Assembly: GCA_004563595.2 (NCBI GenBank)
Contig: CP042461.1
Coordinates: 420,001-452,000 of the forward strand
Length of the DNA: 32,000 nt
Direction: 5' to 3'
Source of the DNA: Candidatus Saccharimonadota bacterium
Lineage (GTDB): Bacteria > Patescibacteriota > Gracilibacteria > BD1-5 > UBA6164
The notes under the pieces: generated by a model
Seen by the model: only the letters and a program-made list of their open reading frames with translations
What the model was told of the DNA's origin: nothing
Database searches by the model: none
Translations under genes and position numbers: made by a program
Shown here: positions 24,050 to 31,468 of the stretch, in pieces
Numbering within the stretch: the stretch's first letter is position 1
How the letters are laid out: each line of letters begins with the position of its first letter

Positions 24050-25099
24050 ATGAAGTTTATTAGTCCAGAAAGTTGAGAATTAACAAATGATGAAAAATGA
24101 AATATCCAACAGGATATATTACTATCTGTTTATGATAAGGATTATCCTGTTTGAAATACTACTAAAGCTATCGAACAAATAAGAAGTGGTATTCAAAAAG
24201 TCCTGTTTTGGAGTGATAGCCTTGATGTACTAAAACAAGGAACTTGATGAACAATCTCTTTAGTTAAAGATGAAACAAAATGAAATAGTACTTTTGAAAT
24301 GTGTAGAGCATGATCTAATATTAATAATGGATGATGATACAAGGCCGTATTTGAATTATATAATTGTTTTTTAAATTCAAATTTTAACCAATTATTTGCT
24401 ACTCCGAGAAACTGCTTAGATAGAGAGAATGAGGAATGAAAAAAAATTCCATGATGAAAAGCTATTTCATTAATATATTCAAGATTGAAAGATGTTAAAT
24501 TTTGGTGAATAGCACCATGGTATATCATGCCATGAAATACCATGGAATTACTTGATTTAAGGATATTTACGAAAAATGATTTAGTGAGAGAAAGGTTAAC
24601 AAAGTGAGATAAATTATACATTTTTTCTGATAAATATAAATCTGTATATGAGGAAATGATTGATAATAACTATTGAATAGAAAATGTGATTTCTTCTCTA
24701 GGTAAATTATCAAAACAAAAAAAAATATGAGAATATAATTTTTTTATTGAGTATGACGACAATGAACATACTAGTAATTATACTTATTCATCTGTTAAAG
24801 TAAGTAATAAATGAGAGCACAGTATAGACATGATAGAGACAATCTTATCTACTTTAAAGAGTAAAGTTTCAATTTTTAAATTAAATTTGTTTGATAGCTC
24901 AAATGTTTTATTACAAGAATATTTAGACACACATTGATACGTTTTAGTTTCACTTTTCCCAGAATCTAATCAAATGATATGATACTTTGTAAAAAGCGAA
25001 AATAAGAAATACGCTTTGCCTTATTATTATGGAGAGGATCAATTATCAAGAGATATGGATATACAAGCTAAAATTATTAACTTATTTATTAGTTCTTAA
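24050..25099 (+). CDS. Hypothetical protein (349 aa)
   Basis: ATG 24050 to TAA 25097-25099 is open with about 25 TGA codons. The 142-aa track ORF on the opposite strand is an antisense artefact. Confidence 0.65.
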
Positions 25100-25102
25100 T
25101 TT

Positions 25103-26077
25103 ATGAATTTTACACAAATCAAATTAGAAGAAATTTTAGAAGCAATGAAAAGTTTTGAAGATATTATAAAAACTACACCTTTGGAGTATAATAAATATTT
25201 ATCTCATAAATATAAATCAACTATTTATCTTAAAAGAGAAGATTTGCAAGTTACAGGATCTTTTAAAATAAGGGGGGTATTAAATTTTATTAACAATAAC
25301 AAACTGCATTGCATTGAAAGATGAGTAGTATGCGCCTCAGCATGAAATCATTCCCAATGAGTAGCTTTGATGTGTAGGAAATTTAAAATTTTTTGAGACA
25401 TTTTTTTACCTATAAATACTCCAAGTTATAAGGTTGATAAAACGATACAATATTGAGGAGATTTTATAAAGGTACATCAAGTAGGATCTGATTTCGACTT
25501 TTCTTATAATCAGGCTAAATGTTTTTCTCAAAATAATGAAAGTGTTTTTATTCATCCCTTTGATGATAGAGATATTATAGTTTGACAATCCACAGTATGA
25601 TACGAAATTTTTAGTGATACATCAATTACTGACAATATAGATTTTATAGTTTGTCCTATTTGATGAGGGTGATTAATCTCTTGAATTATAGAATCTGCTA
25701 AGCTTTTTTCTCAAAGTACTAGAATACTTTGATGTGAGCCTGAGTGAGCTTCTTCAATGAAAAAAAGTATAGAAGAATGAAAGGTTGTGAAATTAAATAA
25801 AATTGATGTATTTATTGATTGAGTTAGCGTCAAAGAAGTATGAAATTATAATTTCAATATTTGTAAAAATTATAATTTAAAAATAGAATTATCAAATTTG
25901 AACTCATTATTAAAAACGATTTTTGATATTTATGAAAAGACCAATATTTCAATGGAATTAGCCAGCGCAATGACGGTTGATATACTTAATAATATTTCAG
26001 ATAAAATAAAGTGAAAAACAATTGTGTTAATAATCTCATGATGAAATATTGATATGAATAAATTGTATTCTTTGTAG
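25103..26077 (+). CDS. Fold-type-II PLP enzyme, threonine/serine ammonia-lyase-like, without a regulatory ACT domain (324 aa)
   Basis: SFKIRG (PLP lysine), ASAGNHSQGVA and the CPIGGGGLISG tetraglycine loop (three of its four Gly are TGA; the third is GGG) are present. Confidence 0.85.
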
Positions 26078-26193
26078 TCCCTTATTTTTTTATATTGCTT
26101 AGTGTTTATGTATCATTAAGTTTTTCCTGATTATTAAAAAATAAGTGCAATTTAAATTTTGTTGGTTAGTTTTGACTCCCTTACTTTTACAAG

Positions 26194-26221
26194 TTGACAA
26201 AAATCAGTTTCTTTATAAAAT
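26194..26221 (+). promoter_or_regulatory. Candidate promoter of the thrS leader
   Basis: TTGACA (26194-26199), a 16-nt spacer, then TAAAAT (26216-26221). Confidence 0.45.
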
Positions 26222-26248
26222 ACTTTTATTAGTTTCTAATAAGGACAT

Positions 26249-26302
26249 ATGAGCCTCGCACAACTTGAAACCATAACAGGTACCACTCTTACTTTTCAGT
26301 AG
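26249..26302 (+). CDS. Candidate thrS leader peptide MSLAQLETITGTTLTFQ (17 aa, 5 Thr)
   Basis: AAGGA lies 3 nt upstream of ATG 26249. Thr codons are at 26270, 26276, 26282, 26285 and 26291. The TAG stop at 26300-26302 lies inside hairpin segment A. Confidence 0.5.
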   Translation: MSLAQLETITGTTLTFQ

Positions 26303-26366
26303 AGACTTTTTGTGTAAATAAAAATTTAAAAAACAAAAACTCTACTGATTCTAGTAGAGTTTTTTT
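26297..26366 (+). promoter_or_regulatory. Attenuator: competing antiterminator (A:B) and terminator (B:C) hairpins
   Basis: Segment A is cagtagag..ttttt (26297-26311), B is aaaaactctactg (26335-26347) and C is agtagagttttttt (26353-26366). B pairs perfectly with C (12 bp, followed by a T-run) or with A (8+5 bp with a 2-nt bulge). Confidence 0.55.
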
Positions 26367-26370
26367 AATT

Positions 26371-26475
26371 ACTCCCCCTGCCTTTCAGGCATCCCCCTCC
26401 ATGAGGGGGAACTAAGATTTTCATTGAATTAGATTCTCCCTCTTGGAGGGAGATGTCCTTTAGGACAGAGGGAGT
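26371..26475. repeat. GC-rich nested-palindrome element, copy 1 (105 nt, thrS 5' UTR)
   Basis: Two inverted ~48-nt units, each with sub-hairpins (gcct-ttc-aggc; ccccctc-cat-gaggggg; tctccctc-ttg-gagggaga; gtcct-tt-aggac). The element is closed by actccccctg/cagagggagt. The 10- and 23-nt cores are identical to copy 2. Confidence 0.85.
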
Positions 26476-26505
26476 TTACAACAATATATACTAAACAAAC
26501 AAAAA

Positions 26506-28269
26506 ATGAACATAGAAACAAAGAGGCATTCATTGGCTCATATCATGGCTCAAGCTGTAAAAGACTTATATCCAGATGTAAAAGTAGCAATAGGACCGGA
26601 TACTGATGATGGATTTTATTATGATTTTGATTTTGGAGAAGTAGAATTTTCTGATAAAGAATTAAAGAACGTAGAGAAAAAAATGAAAAAAATTGTTTCT
26701 CAAAATCAATTTTTTGAGCAATTTAACCTTCCCGTTGATGAAGCTATTTCAAAATTAGAATCTCAGGGTGAGGTATTTAAAGTGGAACTTGCTAAAAAAC
26801 TGAAATCAGAAGGGGAAACAGAGCTTTCTTTTTATAAAAATATTTCTCAACAATGAGATGAAAAATTTGTAGATATGTGCAGAGGTCCTCATGTATCAAA
26901 AATGAGTGAGCTCGATGCAAATTCATTTAAACTTGCAAGAGTAGCTGGAGCTTATTGGCTTGGGAATAGTGATAATGCACAACTCACAAGAATTTACGCA
27001 TACGCATTTAATGATAGAGCTGAGCTTGATGTACATCTTAAAATGCTTGAAGAAGCAAAAAAAAGAGATCATAGAATACTCTGAGCAAAGCTTAAGCTAT
27101 TTACTATTTCTGACCTTATTGGTCCAGGTCTTCCTCTTATGCAACCAGCAGGAATGGTAATAAGACAAGAAATTGAAGATTATTTATGGGAGTTACATAA
27201 AGGGAAAGGATATGATAGAGTATGGTCTCCTCATATTGCAAAAGAATCTTTGTATGAGACATCAGGTCATGCTGCAAAGTTCTGAGATGAATTATTTAAA
27301 GTTCAAGGGAAAGAAGATAAATTTATCTTAAAACCTATGAACTGTCCTCATCATATGCAAATTTTTGCTGATAATCAGTTTAGTTATAGAGATATGCCAG
27401 TCAGATATTTCGAACCTGCAACAGTATATAGAGATGAGAAATCAGGACAATTATCAGGTCTTACAAGAGTAAGGGCTATTACTCAAGATGATGGACATTT
27501 ATTCTGTAGAGTTGATCAAATCAAAGATGAGGTAAAATCAATTACTGATATCATTAAAGAATTTTATACAACTATTTGAATGACAGAGGATTATTGGGTA
27601 TCACTTTCAGTAAGAGGAGATGATAAATCTATCTATCTTTGAGGGGATGATGTATGGGAAAAAGCTGAAGCTGCATTAGAAGCTGCTTCAAAAGAAAATG
27701 ATCTTCCATACAAAAGAGTGGAATGAGAAGCTGCTTTTTATGGACCAAAATTAGACTTTATGTTCAAAGATGCTATTGGAAGAGAATGGCAACTAGCTAC
27801 TATTCAATGTGATTTCAATCTTCCTGAAAGATTTAATCTTGCATTTACAAACAAAGAGGGTGAAAAAGAAAGACCAGTAGTAATCCATAGAGCTATCTCT
27901 GGTTCATTAGAAAGAGGTATGGGAGTATTTATAGAACACTTTGCTGGTACTTTCCCATTATGGATGGCTCCAAGACAAGTAAAAATAGTTCCAGTTTCAG
28001 ATGTTTTCTTTGACTATGCTGAAAAAGTAGAAAAAGAACTTAAAAATGCATGAATCAGAGTGACTGCTGACTATGCTTCTGATGGACTCAATAAAAAAGT
28101 AAGAAATGCAGAAAAAATGCACAATAATTATATCTTAGTTCTCTGAGAGCAAGAAGAAACAAATAATTCTGTTTCAGTAAGAAACTATAAAACAAAAGAT
28201 CAAACAGTTGTAGGTTTAGAAGAGTTTAAAACTATGATTTTGGATGAGATTAAAGAGAGGAGGTTGTAG
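26506..28269 (+). CDS. thrS: Threonine--tRNA ligase lacking the N-terminal TGS domain (587 aa)
   Basis: Four track ORFs in one frame are joined by TGA. Motifs [11 protein letters not shown] (editing domain HxxxH), [21 protein letters not shown](TGA)[38 protein letters not shown] and [10 protein letters not shown] are present. Confidence 0.97.
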
Positions 28270-28338
28270 AAATTAGATTTCTTTCTTCTCTCTGGAGATT
28301 ATATTTATAAGGATTATTTAAATTTAATTTTATTGCTT

Positions 28339-29916
28339 ATGTTCAAAACACAAAATAAAGGATTTACATTAGTAGAATTAATCGTTGTAATTACAATTCT
28401 TGCAATTTTATGAACGATAGCCTTTATATCACTTCAATGATATAGTAAGGATGCAAGAAATAGTGCAAGAGTATCTGATATAAAAAACACTGAAAAAGTA
28501 CTTGAGCTTTTTGCTTTAGAAAGAGGAAAATATCCAGTTCCATGAAATGCTTCAGATGTAACAGCATCATGAGGAACGGTTGTGTTGTGGAAAGCTTGAG
28601 ATATGGATGCTGATGTACAAAGGCAGGTTGAAAGACTTTCAAAACTCCCTCTTGACCCAAAAACAGGAGAAACCATGAAATATGCAACTACATTAAGTAG
28701 GAAAGAATATGAATTGAAATATGATTTTGAATTAGCACAAAATAGTATTATAAATACGAGTTATGCAGATTCAAATTATCCATATGTAAGGTGAACATAT
28801 AATTGATTATATCTTTTAGCTGATAATAATATCTATTATTCAGTTCCATGACTGCATACATCTACAAATACACTAGATACTGCAGTAGATTTTGAGATGA
28901 ATAATAAAACAGTAAATTATCAAGTATCACCACTGTCTTATTCATGAGTAACACTTACAAGCAGTAATGTGACAGACAATTATGTTAATTTCTGACTTGC
29001 TCTTAAAGCTGCTTATGAAAATGAAACTGATTTAAATGATGGACTATATATACAAGTAAAAGCTATTGATGAAACAACAGCAGAGGTATTTGCTGTAAAT
29101 ATTACTCAATGAATTTCTGTAGGAACTCCTCAAGTAGCAGTTGCAGAAAATGGGACATGTTGATCAGATGATGCTTGAAGCTTTACGGTTACTCCAACAA
29201 ACCTTTGTTCAGCAGGCGCATCAAGTGTTGTAACCGATGGATGAGCATGAAATAATTATGCTTGGACATGTGATGGCTTGAATTGATGAACAAATGATAC
29301 TTGTAGTGCAAGTCATGAAAATACAACTTATCCATGATGTGATAATGAAGATATAACATTTGGAATTTATACAATATCAGCATGTAACGTATGAACGAAC
29401 ATAGCATGAACAAGTGCAAGTTCATATGGTGATCATTTTCAATTTGGTAGAAATGTTACGTATCCAACCTGGACAAATTGAAATGTATGATATACTTATG
29501 ATTGGAAATCACCAGGTGGAGCTGATTCATGAAGTGCTAATGATTGGTGAGTATATGAATCTGTAAAATGAACTGCAACATATCAAAACTCAAATTCTGC
29601 TAGTCAGACTCTGATGCAATGACCATGTGCTACATGATATCATATCCCAACTGATGTAGAATGGAATGGTATATTAGTAGCATGAGGATGGTGAAGTAAT
29701 GGAACGAACATGATGAATGCAATTAAATTACCATTTGCTGGATATCGTGGTGCGAGTAATGCAATTCTTGGAGGTCAAGGTAGTTCAGCACTTTATTGGA
29801 CTGCTACTCCAACTGATGCTTACAGTTATCGTTTTTCTTTTAATGCAAGTAGTATCAGTCCATCTACTTCTAGTTATCGTTGAGATGGCTTTAGTATTCG
29901 TTGTTTTAAAAATTAG
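28339..29916 (+). CDS. Prepilin-type N-terminus fused to a Cys-rich middle region and a C-terminal FISUMP (Fibrobacter succinogenes major paralogous, TIGR02145-like) domain (525 aa)
   Basis: MFKTQNKG/FTLVELIVVITILAILG is a canonical prepilin motif. The C-terminus GPCATGYHIPTDVEWNGIL..KLPFAGYRG..ALYWTATP..GFSIRCFKN fits the FISUMP pattern. The frame was verified line by line. Confidence 0.85.
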
Positions 29917-29981
29917 AAGTTTTTAAGATTAGGATTCTGATATGGATAGCTTTAATTTATACTTTAACAATGTATTCTTAA

Positions 29982-30659
29982 ATGGGTTTGAAAAAAATAT
30001 ATATTGTGGTTTCTTTGATGTTATTGATAGTATTAACTGGGTGTTGAATATGAGATGATGCTAATAAAGAGGTATTTTGAGAGAATAAGATAGCTTCTTT
30101 AAATCCTGTAGAAAATAATAAAAATGAAGAGATATTAGTACCCGTTAATTGTATTGATAATTTAACTCAAGAGTGAGTAGATGAACTAAATAGGGTATTA
30201 AAAAGAACTTTTTCTATTGAAGGTTGGTGTAGCTTAACGGTATTAGATTTAAGAGATAAACAATTAAAAATTCTTCCTAAAGAGTTAGGGGGATTATCAA
30301 ATTTAGGTTTTTTATATCTAGGAAGGAATCAATTAACAACCTTGCCAAGTGAGCTAAAAAACTTAACAAATTTAGTATTATTGGACGTATGGAAAAATCA
30401 ATTTACAGAATTTCCTCATGTAATTTGAGAATTGAAGGGTTTAACTGTTTTAGGTTTAAGTCATAACCAATTATCGATACTTCCACAAGAGATACAGAAT
30501 TTAAAAAATTTAGATTTTCTATATTTAGAGTGAAATAGTTGATTATTCCCATTGGATAAAAGCTTTGGTTTTAAATTTGAAAATGACGCAACTCAGTGAG
30601 GCATGAGAATACGATATAATGAGGAAGTATGAAAAGTAGAGATTAGTATAATTGATTAA
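29982..30659 (+). CDS. Leucine-rich-repeat lipoprotein (225 aa)
   Basis: MGLKKIYIVVSLMLLIVLTGCG has a lipobox. Consecutive LRRs follow: LDLRDKQLKILPKELGGLSNLGFLYLGRNQLTTLPSELKNLTNLVLLDVWKNQFTEFPHVIGELKGLTVLGLSHNQLSILPQEIQNLKNL. Confidence 0.85.
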
Positions 30660-30707
30660 TGAGAAATATACTCTAAATATTATACTGTTGATGAGTAGGT
30701 TCTAAAA

Positions 30708-30747
30708 AAGTTCTTCAAATTGAAGGACTTTTTCTTTTGTTTTTTTT
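30708..30747 (+). terminator. Rho-independent terminator after the LRR gene
   Basis: A 9-bp stem (30708-30716 / 30722-30730, one G-U pair) is followed by tttcttttgttttttt. Confidence 0.55.
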
Positions 30748-30757
30748 AAGAAAAAGA

Positions 30758-30801
30758 GTACAATTATTTGTACATAATAAATTACAAAATAATGTACATA
30801 A
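30758..30801 (+). promoter_or_regulatory. Toxin-antitoxin promoter/operator region
   Basis: Palindrome gtacaa-ttat-ttgtac (30758-30773), plus a direct repeat of TGTACATAAT at ~30769 and ~30793. Each repeat carries a -10-like CATAAT just upstream of the antitoxin ATG. Confidence 0.45.
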
Positions 30802-30803
30802 TC

Positions 30804-31079
30804 ATGACTACAAAAATAATTAGTTTGAATGAGTATAGAAAAAATCTTTCTACTCTGTGGAAGCAATCAAGGGAAAATGATATTAAATATATTGTTATGG
30901 TTCATTCAAAACCAGTTTTTGAGGTGAACCCTATCAAAGAAGATTATCTTGATGAAAATTGGGATACTATGTATACATCTGATAATCATAAAGCATACCT
31001 AAAAGCTCAAGAAGAATTAAAAAATTGAGAGACTGTTGACTGAAAAGAGTTTTTACTTGATTTAATAAAATCAAAATAG
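30804..31079 (+). CDS. Phd/YefM-type antitoxin (91 aa)
   Basis: MTTKIISLNEYRKNLSTLWKQSRENDIKYIVMVHSKPVFEVNPI.. matches the Phd/YefM N-terminal pattern. The gene sits 1 nt upstream of a RelE-like ORF. Confidence 0.7.
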
Positions 31080-31080
31080 C

Positions 31081-31338
31081 ATGTACAGATATAGTTTTTC
31101 AAAGGAGGTACAAAAATTTTTAAAAAATAGAGAATTAAAGTTTGTAGAAAAGGTATATATGAATTTCGAACTGTTATCGGTAGACCCGTTTGATAATAAT
31201 TTGGATATATAAAAACTGAAATGAAAAGGGAATAGTTATAGGTTAAGAATATGAAAATATAGGTTTTTATATGAGCTTATAGATCAGGAAATATTGATTT
31301 ATGTTCATGAGGCTGGATCAAGAGGAGATATTTATTAA
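31081..31338 (+). pseudogene. RelE/ParE-family toxin interrupted by an in-frame TAA
   Basis: MYRYSFSKEVQKFLKN..DPFDNNLDI*KLKGKGNSYRLRIGKYRFLYELIDQEILIYVHEAGSRGDIY. The TAA at 31210-31212 replaces one codon of the conserved D.KKLKG..YRLRIGDYR motif region. Confidence 0.65.
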
Positions 31339-31413
31339 AATATATACTTTTTTTGTCACCTTTTCTTAACTTATTCGTCTAAGTAAGTACAAGCCTTAAA
31401 AAAAATTAGTAAA

Positions 31414-31450
31414 AAAACTCGGAGTGGTTATAATTCTCCCGAGTTTTTTT
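31414..31450 (+). terminator. Rho-independent terminator after the toxin-antitoxin module
   Basis: Stem aaaactcgg(a)g / ctcccgagtttt is followed by a T-run (31444-31450). Confidence 0.55.
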
Positions 31451-31468
31451 ATTGTCTTAAAATCATGT

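Noticed and set aside
26228-26366. T-box riboswitch upstream of thrS (GAA-ACC-A resembles a Thr specifier and GGTACCAC faintly resembles the T-box core).
   Set aside because: The leader is only ~135 nt. It lacks a recognisable Stem I with K-turn or distal loops and lacks the AGGGUGGNACCGCG consensus. The ACC codon lies inside a translatable Thr-rich ORF, which explains the region better.
26371-26475. The GC-rich repeats as a CRISPR array or as a tRNA-like gene.
   Set aside because: There are only two copies, 5.4 kb apart, with no regular spacer architecture and no cas genes. The fold has four short hairpins in a symmetric inverted-unit layout, with no T-loop or anticodon-loop features.
29700-29916. 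A diversity-generating retroelement variable repeat at the C-termini of the FISUMP and LamG pilin fusions.
   Set aside because: I found no second, A-rich template copy of these 3' segments and no reverse transcriptase gene in the window. This cannot be excluded genome-wide, so it is kept only as a check under the pilin finding.
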